A stretch of DNA of 64,000 nucleotides from assembly GCA_963740635.1 (NCBI GenBank), contig CAVUEQ010000001.1:337026-401025 (forward strand), given 5' to 3'. Made by a program: the position numbers and the translations under genes. Source of the DNA: an uncultured bacterium (GTDB taxonomy: Bacteria > Patescibacteriota > Saccharimonadia > UBA4664). Below the pieces are notes generated by a model. It searched no databases and was not told the origin of the DNA. It was given only the letters and a program-made list of their open reading frames with translations. Shown here one piece after another: positions 43,107 to 52,905 of this stretch. Within the stretch, counting starts at the first letter, position 1, and every line of letters starts with the position of its first letter.

Positions 43107-44420
43107 ATGAATGACCTCACGATCGCTGAATTACCGGCCAAAGCCGGGCACACAGCCACGGTGCGCGGCTGGCTGCACAAACGCCGGGACCTGGGCGGAA
43201 TTGCCTTTGTGGTGGTGCGCGACCGCACCGGGCTGGTCCAGGCCGTTATAAAAGATGAGGAGCAGCAGGCCAAGCTGCACGGACTGCAAAACGGGACGGT
43301 GCTTTCGCTTACGGGCGAGGTGAAGGCCGACGAGCGGGCGGTGGGAGGGGTGGAACTGCATTCGCCTGCGGTTGAGGTTATCTCCCCCGTGACCGAGGTG
43401 ATGCCGGTGGAGATCGATAAGCCACTCGACCACAAAAGCGAGAATTTCGACGTTTTGTTTGAGAACCGGGTGGTGGGTCTGCGCAACCTCAACGAGCGCG
43501 CGATATTCCGGGTGCAGGCAGCAGTGGGGCGGGCGTTTAGGCGCTATTTTGAAGAGCGGGGGTATACCGAAATCCACACCCCCAAGCTGCTAGCGGGCGC
43601 GACCGAAGGCGGCGCCGAGGTGTTTAAGACCGATTATTTCGGGCAGCGGGCCACGCTGGCGCAATCGCCGCAGTTTTACAAGCAAATGATGGTGGGGGTG
43701 TTTGAACGCGTGTTTGAGATGGGGCCGGTGTACCGCGCCGAGCCGAGCGTAACCACCCGTCACATGAGCGAATACGTGTCGCTGGACGCGGAGGTCGGCT
43801 TTATCACCTTCGACGAACTCCTGACCATGCTGTCGGAGCTATTGGGCTACATGGTGGATTCGGCCTGGAAAGAGGCCGGTGCAGAGCTGAAATTGCTGGG
43901 GGCGGTGCAGCCGAAGCTGAGCAAGGAGCTGCCGCGGCTGACCATGTCCGAAATTCACGAATTGTATTCGAACGCGACCGGCGAAGACACACGACGCGAG
44001 CTGGACCTCATACCGGCCGAGGAGCGTTGGATATGCGACTATGCGGCCAAGGAGCTGGGTTCCGAGGCCGTGTTTGTGACTGAGTGGCCGGCCCGGGATG
44101 CCAAGTTTTACCACTTGATGGAAGACGACCGGCCGGAGATTGCCGTGCGCGCCGATCTGATATTTCGCGGTGTAGAAATTGTGACCAGCAGCATGCGCGA
44201 GCACCGCTACGACAAGCTGGTGAAGCAACTGCATGACATGGCTAAGGGCGACCCCGACAGCGATGGATATAAGTATTACATTTCAGCGTTTAAATACGGG
44301 ATGCCGCCCCACGGGGGGTTTGGAATGGGTTTGGAGCGCGTGACGCAGGAGCTGATCGGCCTGCACAACGTCAAAGAGGCGACCTTGTTCCCGCGCGACA
44401 CCAAGCGCCTGGCGCCGTAG
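43107..44420 (+). CDS. aspS: Aspartyl-tRNA synthetase, archaeal/eukaryotic-type (class IIb, short form)
   Basis: ..VRGWLHKRRDLGGIAFVVVRDRTGLVQ.. (OB fold), ..FRAEPS-like YRAEPSVTTRH.., ..GGFGMGLERV.. The track start at 43074 is possible; ATG 43107 fits the family N-terminus better. Confidence 0.9.
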   Translation: MNDLTIAELPAKAGHTATVRGWLHKRRDLGGIAFVVVRDRTGLVQAVIKDEEQQAKLHGLQNGTVLSLTGEVKADERAVGGVELHSPAVEVISPVTEVMPVEIDKPLDHKSENFDVLFENRVVGLRNLNERAIFRVQAAVGRAFRRYFEERGYTEIHTPKLLAGATEGGAEVFKTDYFGQRATLAQSPQFYKQMMVGVFERVFEMGPVYRAEPSVTTRHMSEYVSLDAEVGFITFDELLTMLSELLGYMVDSAWKEAGAELKLLGAVQPKLSKELPRLTMSEIHELYSNATGEDTRRELDLIPAEERWICDYAAKELGSEAVFVTEWPARDAKFYHLMEDDRPEIAVRADLIFRGVEIVTSSMREHRYDKLVKQLHDMAKGDPDSDGYKYYISAFKYGMPPHGGFGMGLERVTQELIGLHNVKEATLFPRDTKRLAP

Positions 44421-44427
44421 TATCTCG

Positions 44428-45381
44428 CTATGTCTGGCTGGCTGAGCCGCCGGCCCACGCCGGAGCCAGGCGCCGGACCCGCTGGATGGCCGGGCGGTGC
44501 CAGCCCTTGGCGATTACCAGCTCTGAAACAAAGTAGGCCCCCGCGCCATACAAAATCCCCAGAAGCACATCAAATACGTAGTGTTCACCGAGGTAAACCA
44601 CCCCAATCCAAACCGAAACCGGGTAGATCAAAAACAGCGCGGCTGCCCGCCAACCAAAAAACTTGCGCACGAACAGCAGGTCGAGCGTGGGGTAGGCGGC
44701 ATGCAGCGACGGCACGGCCGCGACCGGGTTGGGGTTGAAATGCATGTACAAGTTCGGAACCGAGTGGACGCCCCAGGCCCACCAGATAGTCGTGGACAGC
44801 TTGTTGATCGGGTCAATGAGGTGCATGTCCGAGGCCATCCAGGGGGGCGCCGCCGGGAAGATAATGTAGGTGATGAACCCGGCGTAGCTCAGGGCCAGCA
44901 GGGCGCCAGCGAACTGCCAATACCGGTTGGGCCGGAATTTCCAAATGAGCGCCGCCAGGATAAACGGCGCCAGGAAGTGCAGCATGTAGACGAAGTAGAA
45001 ATAGTAATCGTACCAATGGAGGGTGCCGTGGAACCAAGCCTGCTGAAGGACATTATTGGGCAGGTGCCCGCCAAACAGCCACTTGTCGAAGTTGATCATC
45101 TCGGTGAAATGCACGTGCTTGTCGATCAGGGGCGCGAAGCCGCGCAGGGCGTCATACGAGACCAGCAGCGCCACGAACGGGGTGAATTTGCGGATATATT
45201 CCTTGCCGTGGCCGTAGATGGCGAAGATGGTTAAGAATACCAGGAACAGGACATCGGGTGACCAAAACGTCTTGAACAAGACCAGGAAAGACAGCACTAC
45301 AACGATGTACAAATGCCGGTAGCGCAGAAGCCCGGCGGCGCTGGTGAGTACGCGTTTGAGCTGCCGGATGGGGATGGTCAT
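44428..45381 (-). CDS. PAP2-superfamily membrane protein (Aur1/inositol-phosphotransferase-like)
   Basis: ..AAVPSLHAAYP.. and ..GEHYVFDVLLGILYG.. PAP2 C2/C3-like motifs. Polytopic. Confidence 0.7.
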   Translation of the reverse strand: MTIPIRQLKRVLTSAAGLLRYRHLYIVVVLSFLVLFKTFWSPDVLFLVFLTIFAIYGHGKEYIRKFTPFVALLVSYDALRGFAPLIDKHVHFTEMINFDKWLFGGHLPNNVLQQAWFHGTLHWYDYYFYFVYMLHFLAPFILAALIWKFRPNRYWQFAGALLALSYAGFITYIIFPAAPPWMASDMHLIDPINKLSTTIWWAWGVHSVPNLYMHFNPNPVAAVPSLHAAYPTLDLLFVRKFFGWRAAALFLIYPVSVWIGVVYLGEHYVFDVLLGILYGAGAYFVSELVIAKGWHRPAIQRVRRLAPAWAGGSASQT

Positions 45382-45403
45382 GCCATGAATCCTGAGTTTA
45401 ATA

Positions 45404-45973
45404 TCATTTTGGAGCCGGGCCCTGAGGCAATGCTGAGAGCTTCTTCTCGGCGCGGGAAGTTAGAACTGCCAAGGCGGCGAGCGCGGTGACTTTGGCATCC
45501 CAAAGCGGATTGTGGGGTGAGCCGGCCGGATTACCAGCCGCTTTTATCACGAACTCCCGCCGCTGGGCCGGTGTGACGACGCCCAGCGCCAGCAGCATTG
45601 ACGACAAATCATAGTATGGGAACGGGTGGTCAAATTCGCGCCCGGGCATGTCGTCTTCTTGGCAGGCAATCAAAAACCGGGCCTCCACCGGGTAGGGGTT
45701 GGCGGCCACGATTACGTCCACACCTTCTTTGGCGGCGGTGTACCAGGCCCAAAAAGCCGCCCGGAGCTCACGGGCGGTACGGGCAGTTTCGGGGACATCA
45801 GCCATCGGGCCGAGCACGTTCTCGGAGACCCAGGGGTCGACCGGGCCGGTAATCGGGCAGCGCCCCACAAACTGGCTCCTGATGTGGCCGCCCGGTTCCA
45901 TCACCACACCCGCGACGGCAAAGGCCTCGCCGTGCAGGCCGTTGCTCTCAACATCAAAGGCTAGGACAAGCAT
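45404..45973 (-). CDS. DEDDh-type 3'-5' exonuclease domain protein
   Basis: Exo I LAFDVESNGL, Exo III ..HNPLWDAKV.. 189 aa. Confidence 0.6.
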   Translation of the reverse strand: MLVLAFDVESNGLHGEAFAVAGVVMEPGGHIRSQFVGRCPITGPVDPWVSENVLGPMADVPETARTARELRAAFWAWYTAAKEGVDVIVAANPYPVEARFLIACQEDDMPGREFDHPFPYYDLSSMLLALGVVTPAQRREFVIKAAGNPAGSPHNPLWDAKVTALAALAVLTSRAEKKLSALPQGPAPK

Positions 45974-46016
45974 GCCGTTATTATAGCAGCCCCAAGTGGG
46001 TTATGATGTTAACTTG

Positions 46017-46868
46017 ATGACTGCCCGCGAAACTAAAATAGCAACCCAATCCCTGGTGGCGGCGCTGGTAATAAATACGGCGCTCACGGTGTTCGAATTG
46101 GCGGCCGGCGTGCTGGTCGGCAGCTTGGCGCTAATCGCCGACGGCAGCCGCAATCTCACCGATAGCCTGGTGATCGCCGTGGCCTATGCCGCCGAGCATA
46201 TCAGCCGCCGGGAGCCGGATAGCCAGCGCACGTGGGGTTATGGGCGGGTTAAGATCATTGCTTCGCTGATTAATACGGGCATCATTTTGGCCGTGGCAAT
46301 CTCGATTGGCTACGAGGCCATAAGCCGCTTTGCGCACCCGGCGAGCGTTCCCGGCGGGCCGATCATTATGGTGGCGGCAGCAAGTGTAGTAATTAACGCG
46401 ATCGCGGCCGCCTTCTTGTACAGGCACAAAAAGGACATAAATGTGCGGGCAGCCTATACGAGCTTGAAATTTGGGGCTATCAGCTCGGTCGGGATTGTGG
46501 TGGCCGGGCTTGTGATCGTGGCGTTCGGAGCGAGTTGGGTAGACGGCGCGTCGGGTTTGGCAGTGGCATTAATACTGCTGTATGCGACGGTGAGGTTGGC
46601 GCGCGATGCCACGCACATTTTGCTGGAGGGCGTGCCGGCCGGGATCAATATGATACATGTGGAGGAATCGCTGCTCGAAATTAAGGGCGTTGAACGGATC
46701 GGGGAAGTCCACGCGTGGACTATTGAGCCGAAAAACTATGCGTTCAGTTGCCATATGATTGTGAGGGACGATTATTTGTCCGAGGGGCACTTACTGGCGG
46801 CAGAGGCCAAAGGAATTCTCAAGCACAAATTCCATTTTTCGCACTCCACGATCGAGATTCAGCAATAG
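46017..46868 (+). CDS. Cation diffusion facilitator (CzcD-like) transporter
   Basis: ..GSLALIADGSRNLTDSLV.., 6 TM segments, C-terminal cytoplasmic domain ..VHAWTIEPKNYAFSCHMIV.. Trimmed to ATG 46017. Confidence 0.85.
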   Translation: MTARETKIATQSLVAALVINTALTVFELAAGVLVGSLALIADGSRNLTDSLVIAVAYAAEHISRREPDSQRTWGYGRVKIIASLINTGIILAVAISIGYEAISRFAHPASVPGGPIIMVAAASVVINAIAAAFLYRHKKDINVRAAYTSLKFGAISSVGIVVAGLVIVAFGASWVDGASGLAVALILLYATVRLARDATHILLEGVPAGINMIHVEESLLEIKGVERIGEVHAWTIEPKNYAFSCHMIVRDDYLSEGHLLAAEAKGILKHKFHFSHSTIEIQQ

Positions 46869-46879
46869 CCTTCCGGGCC

Positions 46880-48535
46880 CTAGGTGGTTGGAGCCGCCGG
46901 GGTGGCGGCCGCTGCGGCGGGCGCTGCCGGGGTCGCCGGGGCCAGCGGCAGGGTGAAGCTCAGGCTGGAGCCGACGCCCGGAGCCGATGATTCCACCTGA
47001 ATAGTGCCACCCATTTGTTCCACCAGCTTCTTGCTAATGAACAGGCCGAGGCCGGAGCCGCGCAAGGCGTCTTTGGACTGCACCTGCGAAAACCGCTTGA
47101 ACAGCATATTTTGGGCGGCTTGGTCCATCCCCCGGCCCGTGTTGGTGACGTAAACCGACATCTTGTCGCCCGCGGCCTCAGCCTTCACGGTGATGCTGCC
47201 GGAATCGGTGAATTTCATGGCGTTGCCAAACAGGTTCAGGATGACCTGCTGCACGCGGTCTTTGTCGGCCAACACCAGCGGCAGGGTCGGCGGACAGTCC
47301 ACGGTGACCGCGACGCCCTTGGCCTTGGCGGTGGCCGTGAGCTGCGGCGCCAGTGTGCCCGCGATATCGGCCAGGGCGAAGGGCTGGGATTGGAACGGGA
47401 TTTTGCCGGTCTCCATGCGCGCGGCATCGAGGTACACGTTGACCACGCCGATGAGCTGGGCGCCGGCCTGATCGATACTGTCGGCCATGTGGTCGAATTT
47501 GGGATCTTTCACGACCTTGGAGAACTGGAACTTCATGAGTTGGGCGTAATCCCGGATGACTGTCAGCGGTGTGCGCAACTCGTGGTTGGCGATGGAAAAG
47601 AATTCGTTTTTGAGGGCGATGGTCCGGTCGCGCGTACGGAGCGTGAGGGTCAGAAAAATGATTAGGGCAATCGCACCGGCGGTGTCGAAGGCGATAATTA
47701 ACAGGTAGCGCCCCACGGCCGTGGCGGCGGTCTGGTGAATGTCGCGCGGGCGGGTCACGCGCGCTACGAGGGCGGGTTTGCCATAGATGTCGTCGATGGT
47801 CTGGTAGCCCACTATCTCATTATCCGACGGTATTTTGATGGCGGCCTTGGCGCCGGTGGGTGTACCGATAGCGGCTTTAACATCGGCTGGGCGGTTCGGG
47901 TCGTCGATGCGGATGTAGTTGAGACTGAGGTGCGTGAGCGACGACAGAGCAGTTATTTCGCCGGGCGAGATGTCGAAGGCAAACACCAATGTCCCGTGGT
48001 AGGGCCCGGTGGAGTCGGAGGTGAGGATGGGCAGGGCCACGAACTGCACGGTGCGCCCGGCCAGCGGCAGAATGCCCTTGGACTCACTGCCGTCGGCGGT
48101 CGCGAGGAGTTTGCTGCCGGGCTTGAAGGCATCGAGGAGCCCCTGAGGCACCGGTTCATCGTCACCCTTATCGGTATCGACCCCCTTCGCATACACCGGC
48201 TTCTGCTTGGTATTGAAGAACAGCATGTAATTGATGCCGAGGTTTTTGAGCGAGCCGGACCCCAGGTTCGACTTAATGTAGGCGGCGTTGCGGTCCTGCA
48301 CAAAGGCGTAAGTGTCGTCCCAAGAGGCCCAGTTGGTGGCTTTGAATTTGAGTTGGTCAATGCGGTTGGCCAGCGCATCAACGGCGCGGGCGGTGTTGGT
48401 CTGAATGCTTTGGTCTTCGATTTTTTGGAAGGCCGTATTAATGACCGTGGAGGTGGCAAAGTAAAACACCCCAAGCGCAGCCAGGGCTACCAGAATGATC
48501 GCGGCTAACGGTCTGGACTTTAGCATTGCCATCAT
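46880..48535 (-). CDS. Sensor histidine kinase with a CHASE4-like extracytoplasmic domain
   Basis: TM segment, then ..ATNWASWDDTYAFVQD.. (motif I associate with CHASE4), second TM segment, H-box FFSIANHELRTPLTV, then HATPase. Ala/Pro tail. Confidence 0.75.
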   Translation of the reverse strand: MMAMLKSRPLAAIILVALAALGVFYFATSTVINTAFQKIEDQSIQTNTARAVDALANRIDQLKFKATNWASWDDTYAFVQDRNAAYIKSNLGSGSLKNLGINYMLFFNTKQKPVYAKGVDTDKGDDEPVPQGLLDAFKPGSKLLATADGSESKGILPLAGRTVQFVALPILTSDSTGPYHGTLVFAFDISPGEITALSSLTHLSLNYIRIDDPNRPADVKAAIGTPTGAKAAIKIPSDNEIVGYQTIDDIYGKPALVARVTRPRDIHQTAATAVGRYLLIIAFDTAGAIALIIFLTLTLRTRDRTIALKNEFFSIANHELRTPLTVIRDYAQLMKFQFSKVVKDPKFDHMADSIDQAGAQLIGVVNVYLDAARMETGKIPFQSQPFALADIAGTLAPQLTATAKAKGVAVTVDCPPTLPLVLADKDRVQQVILNLFGNAMKFTDSGSITVKAEAAGDKMSVYVTNTGRGMDQAAQNMLFKRFSQVQSKDALRGSGLGLFISKKLVEQMGGTIQVESSAPGVGSSLSFTLPLAPATPAAPAAAAATPAAPTT

Positions 48536-48579
48536 TATAACGCTTACGGTCCATATTTTGCGAGCACCTTAAGTAATTT

Positions 48580-49056
48580 CTACGACTGGGCTCCGACAGC
48601 TAAGTGGTGCGCCCAGACAGCAACCCGCTCGAGTTCACCATCTGCGAGCGGCCCTTCCTTGCCGGTGACCACGAAGGCGCCGGGGTCTTTGGCTATAAGT
48701 CCGCCCTTGGCCTTGAGCGCGCGAGCGATTTTTTCCGCTGCAAACCCGATAGTCTTGATTAGCAGTTTGAGCGCAAACCCTTGCTTCGCGATTGAAAGAC
48801 GCGTGTCGAAGGCTGCAACCTTGAGCCCATTGAGGCTCGGCAGATGGCCGATAAACTCCTGAGTGGGCTGGGTGGGCCGGCCGCCTTGGGTTGGCGAGCC
48901 GACTATAAGTAGATCGACGCCCGTGAGGTCCTCCTCCTGGCTTTCAGAGATACGTTTCATTTTCACCGGCCCGCGGGAGCTAAGCGCGTCTTCGATGGCC
49001 TGCGCCACCTTGGCCGTGTTGCCATAAGCTGAATCGTACATAATTAAAGCGTTCAT
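48580..49056 (-). CDS. Flavodoxin-family protein
   Basis: MNALIMYDSAYGNTAKVAQAIEDAL.., ..LLIVGSPTQGGRP.. Confidence 0.8.
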   Translation of the reverse strand: MNALIMYDSAYGNTAKVAQAIEDALSSRGPVKMKRISESQEEDLTGVDLLIVGSPTQGGRPTQPTQEFIGHLPSLNGLKVAAFDTRLSIAKQGFALKLLIKTIGFAAEKIARALKAKGGLIAKDPGAFVVTGKEGPLADGELERVAVWAHHLAVGAQS

Positions 49057-49216
49057 GGTCTCCTCCTAGATACACACTTTATTTATAGGAGGAACCGGGC
49101 CGCCGGGCTGTAGCGCCGGGTACGTAATATTTGTGATAAAAGTCACATAATCAAGGCTATTTCTCATATCATGGAGGACGCCCCTGCGGGCGCCTCCATT
49201 GGCAATCGCAAGGGCG

Positions 49217-49855
49217 TTAGGCCGCATGAGCCGCGACATCGTCGACGTGTGGCAACGGGAGTCCCCGAAAACCGCGGAATCTGATGGCCTGGTAGCGGTG
49301 GGTCCCGCCGCCTTTGGGATGCGACGGTACTAGCTTGCCGGCCCTGAGGTAATCGAGCAGCAGGAACCATACAACCGCCGAGATCACGATGGACATCCAG
49401 ATGGCAACAGGGCCGGTAGTGAATAGAACGGTCGCGAACAGTACCGCGTATAGGACTGTGCCAGCCCGGTGGATATTGCCGGGCGTGATGATCACGCGTT
49501 TGGCCTTCAGCAACCACCAGTTACGTAATATCAAGACAATGTCCCGGACAATTACCGGCATCACGATCCAGATCGTCTCGGGTATGAGCCACATCACCAG
49601 GGCTGCCGTAGTATGGATTGTTATCCGGTCGACTACAGCGTCTAATACATGGCGGCCATTTGTGTCTACCCCGAGCTTGCGGGCAACGACGCCGTCTCCG
49701 ATGTCGGCGACGATGACGGCCACCAACAAGGCCACCGACAGGTATGGCGATGCATGCCGCCACAATGACGCGCAGAGCCCTGCCCCAAGAACGAGGCGTG
49801 ATGCCGTGGCCTCAAGCAGGAGGGTTTCACGGTTTGATCTACCGCTTTTACTCAT
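49217..49855 (-). CDS. CDP-alcohol phosphatidyltransferase family protein
   Basis: DIGDGVVARKLGVDTNGRHVLDAVVDR fits D(x)2DG(x)2AR..G(x)3D(x)3D. Confidence 0.8.
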   Translation of the reverse strand: MSKSGRSNRETLLLEATASRLVLGAGLCASLWRHASPYLSVALLVAVIVADIGDGVVARKLGVDTNGRHVLDAVVDRITIHTTAALVMWLIPETIWIVMPVIVRDIVLILRNWWLLKAKRVIITPGNIHRAGTVLYAVLFATVLFTTGPVAIWMSIVISAVVWFLLLDYLRAGKLVPSHPKGGGTHRYQAIRFRGFRGLPLPHVDDVAAHAA

Positions 49856-49933
49856 GGCCGATTACCTCGATTCCAAGGTGCGGGCCGACGGGTTTCGACC
49901 GTAATTAATATAGCATTGAAAAAATACCTGGGT

Positions 49934-50536
49934 TTAGCGCAGCCACCAAGCCAGCAGGTCGGCGATGGTGTGGGCCATGGCCGGTGCTGTCCAGGTGTTA
50001 GTGACGGCTCTCAGGGATCCTAGCCACAACCCCACGGCCAGGTCCAGGGGCAACACCTGCCAACCATAAAGCGGGACATGGAGCAATGCGAAAGCGACTG
50101 CGCTTACGAGGATAGCGACGGATTGTCCGCGCCAGTTCGTGACTGCATCGTATAAGGTCCCTCTCAAAAAGAATTCTTCAGCGGTGGCAACTATTGTCAC
50201 AGCTACAGCCCAGCCGAGATAACCCTGGACAGATACGGGAGGCTGTCCAGAAAGGTGCGCGACAACGGCAGGCACGCACAGCGCCAGTCCTCCAAGCAGG
50301 CCGATGATGGCGGCTCGTTTGGAGATGACGAACCTGGTGCCGGCAGCGAGGCCCAGTGCTATGAGGCAACCGGCGAAGACGAGCCCGGCGGAGGCCGACC
50401 CGGCGACGGCGTGACCACCTATCACTAGGCGCACCATCACGGCTAGTGTGAATCCGGCCAGGAGACCGAGAACGACGAGAGCCGGGTGCTTAGTGCTTAT
50501 TGGTGCGCTGGTCATCACGATTCTTTTCCCGTCCAT
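49934..50536 (-). CDS. CPBP (CAAX/Abi) intramembrane glutamic protease
   Basis: ..ATAEEFFLRG.. and ..AFALLH.. motifs. Polytopic. Confidence 0.75.
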   Translation of the reverse strand: MDGKRIVMTSAPISTKHPALVVLGLLAGFTLAVMVRLVIGGHAVAGSASAGLVFAGCLIALGLAAGTRFVISKRAAIIGLLGGLALCVPAVVAHLSGQPPVSVQGYLGWAVAVTIVATAEEFFLRGTLYDAVTNWRGQSVAILVSAVAFALLHVPLYGWQVLPLDLAVGLWLGSLRAVTNTWTAPAMAHTIADLLAWWLR

Positions 50537-51281
50537 TGCCGGCTCCGGGGCCTAGCCGGCGAATACCTAGTATGAACAGGGCGATTGCTAAACCAAGCAA
50601 CCCCACCAACGCATATTTGGCCGGCGAGCTTGATTTGTTATTTGATGTGCCGATGCTAGAGTTTTGGTCCGGGGGCGGACTTGCGAGCGGCACATCCTTG
50701 GCCATGGCATAATCCCCCGGCCCCTTAAAGGCGCTTTCATAGATGTCGTTGCCGGCCTGGGATGTGACCACGGACACCCATTTGCCGCCTGGTGTACGGT
50801 AAACAATTGCCACCGTTCCCGTAAGCCGAATTCCCTGGGGGAGGCGCAAGAACAGTTCTCCGTAGCTGGGGTTGAATTTGGGCTGACCGGATTGAGCAGC
50901 AGCGGTAACCTCGTATACGTTGCCGGCAATCGTTCCGGGCTTCGGCTGATCCGACGCGGCAAGCGGGACGGCTTTGATCGTGATCTTGCCGGTGTCGTTT
51001 GCCAGCGATACAGCTTTCGGGGAGAGTGTGAGTTCGAACTGAGGCCCAGTCTCTCCCGTGGAGATGCTGACGCCGTCAATTAAGTCCGAGGCGGAAAAAG
51101 TGCCTTTTGCCGAGGTGGCATCCAGCACGCTGGAGTCAGCGAGCGGGTTTGACTGGTCGACGTACCGGTATGGCTCATCCGGGAAGCCCACACCATCGTA
51201 TAGAGGCACCACCCGTGGCCCGATGAGAGCTGAAGCCAGCACCGCTGCACCGGAAAGTAGCAGCCAGCGGCGGGAGGTCAC
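50490..51281 (-). CDS. Exported protein with a C-terminal TM anchor, hypothetical
   Basis: Signal-like MTSRRWLLLSGAAVLASALIG, beta-rich body, C-terminal YALVGLLGLAIALFILGI. Confidence 0.5.
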   Translation of the reverse strand: MTSRRWLLLSGAAVLASALIGPRVVPLYDGVGFPDEPYRYVDQSNPLADSSVLDATSAKGTFSASDLIDGVSISTGETGPQFELTLSPKAVSLANDTGKITIKAVPLAASDQPKPGTIAGNVYEVTAAAQSGQPKFNPSYGELFLRLPQGIRLTGTVAIVYRTPGGKWVSVVTSQAGNDIYESAFKGPGDYAMAKDVPLASPPPDQNSSIGTSNNKSSSPAKYALVGLLGLAIALFILGIRRLGPGAGNGREKNRDDQRTNKH

Positions 51282-52729
51282 TTAAGCGCGACCTGCTGCG
51301 AAATGGGCGTTGCCATACTCGAATCTCCTGATTGCTCCTTAACGAGTGGTTGGGCCAGTAGCCAGAGACTGAGCATGGTGTAGGCAACCATGGCAGCGAT
51401 CCAGGGATATTCAGACATTCGGGCGGCTTCTTCGGTTTTGCCCTCTTTTACGAGGTGTCTGTGCGCTAGCACGACGGCCAGAATGTGGGCAATGACAATT
51501 ACGGCGACCGCGATATACCAGGCGGTGCCGGTTGACAGAATGTGAGTATTTGGTTCGTATGTATCATTAAACGGGTACGGGAGGTGAATCGGCCAGGAAT
51601 CACTGCCGGTGGGGTTGCCGATCAGCGGGAACATGAGCTGGCCGTTAATCATGAGGTACTGCAGGTAATGGGCTAGCAGGTAAGCAAAGGAGATGGGCAG
51701 GAGTGACGGCAACAATCCGGTGAGGGCTTGGAGCGGGGAGTGTTTGCGCGAGCCGGCCAGGCTTACGCCGGCAGCGAAGGCAATAAAGAAGCCCCATAGA
51801 ATCGCTGCAACCAGGGCGAAAGCCACCATCGCCAACACGTCGTAGGCAATGGTGCCAACCGCGATACTGCTAGGTAGCCGCTGTTGCAGGTTGCTCCATA
51901 ATGGGGTGGAAAGAAGGCCGTCGAAGCTAACGCTGGCCAAAAGCAACACTATGAACGTAACGCGGCTCGGCGCGGCGGCGAAGGTGGAGTCCAGACCGCC
52001 CAGAAAACCGCGCCGGCCGGGCGACCCGAACCGGAAATACCCAAGCCGGCCCCAGGTGTTGAAAAGCACAGTGAAGACCTCCCCTTTTTCGAGCCAGGCC
52101 TGTCCAAAAATGAGGCCCAGGGCGGCGCTGCCCACACCGTACGAGAGAAGGGCGAGCGCCAGGTTTCCCGGCACCGTCATCGTAATGTTGAAGATCAGCT
52201 CGCTGGCGATTATCAGGTAAAACAGGCCTACCGCCGGCCACCAGCCGAGCCAATTTGGCCATGCCAGGGCATTTTTCCGGGCAAGCACCAGCTGCCGTAG
52301 CCGGGAGCTATCGGCTAATTTCGCGAGATTCGCAAACGGGTTCAATGGCTGCGTCCAGTCGCCGGTAACGCCGCAGGAGAGAGCCACCCCTACCCATATG
52401 ATTACCCAGAACAGCGTAGGCAGAATATTTTCCGGTATTTCTTGGGAGCCGCTGAATCCTCCGGCAATAATTCCGGCCAGCGCCAGAAGGCTAACCACAG
52501 TGGAAATCCACCCTAGTCTTTTGATGGGCGGCTTGTCTTCGGCGGTCACCGCGGGAACGGCCGCTACCTTGCGCCCAAGGACGAGGAAGAAAGATAGGAG
52601 CACCACGCCGGCGCCGGCGAACACAAACAAACCTAACGGTATTGGCAATTCATATCGCTGCCCGAAGGCATGAGCGAGGAAAAGAGTTGGCGCGAAAAGA
52701 TGAACCAACGGCATCTGCATTGCTCCCAT
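51278..52729 (-). CDS. Large polytopic membrane protein, unknown function
   Basis: Trimmed to MGAMQMPLVHLF.. (ATG 52727-52729) because the track ORF runs into tRNA-Trp. About 12 TM segments. Confidence 0.55.
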   Translation of the reverse strand: MGAMQMPLVHLFAPTLFLAHAFGQRYELPIPLGLFVFAGAGVVLLSFFLVLGRKVAAVPAVTAEDKPPIKRLGWISTVVSLLALAGIIAGGFSGSQEIPENILPTLFWVIIWVGVALSCGVTGDWTQPLNPFANLAKLADSSRLRQLVLARKNALAWPNWLGWWPAVGLFYLIIASELIFNITMTVPGNLALALLSYGVGSAALGLIFGQAWLEKGEVFTVLFNTWGRLGYFRFGSPGRRGFLGGLDSTFAAAPSRVTFIVLLLASVSFDGLLSTPLWSNLQQRLPSSIAVGTIAYDVLAMVAFALVAAILWGFFIAFAAGVSLAGSRKHSPLQALTGLLPSLLPISFAYLLAHYLQYLMINGQLMFPLIGNPTGSDSWPIHLPYPFNDTYEPNTHILSTGTAWYIAVAVIVIAHILAVVLAHRHLVKEGKTEEAARMSEYPWIAAMVAYTMLSLWLLAQPLVKEQSGDSSMATPISQQVALK

Positions 52730-52778
52730 ACTTGTTGGCTTGATGATAGCAATCGCAATATCTAAAGGCAAACTTAAT

Positions 52779-52854
52779 TGGCAGGGGTGGCAGGACTCGA
52801 ACCCACGACACACGGTTTTGGAGACCGTTGCTCTACCAACTGAGCTACACCCCT
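52779..52854 (-). tRNA. tRNA-Trp (anticodon CCA), CCA encoded
   Basis: AGGGGTG TA GCTC AGTTGGTA GAGC A ACGGT CTCCAAA ACCGT GTGTC GTGGG TTCGAGT CCTGC CACCCCT G CCA. Confidence 0.9.
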
Positions 52855-52905
52855 ACGCTAGCGAATAACTGGTATATTGTACTGAAATTAAGCGTTTTCG
52901 TCGAG

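Noticed and set aside
51278-52813. The full 511-aa reading of the membrane-protein ORF, and similar long N-termini at 10599-11462, 27020-27565, 38999-39865, 63009-63761, 4518-4991 and 14338-15951.
   Set aside because: The extensions overlap tRNA-Trp or upstream genes, or are Arg/Ser/Pro-rich. Internal ATGs give family-typical N-termini.
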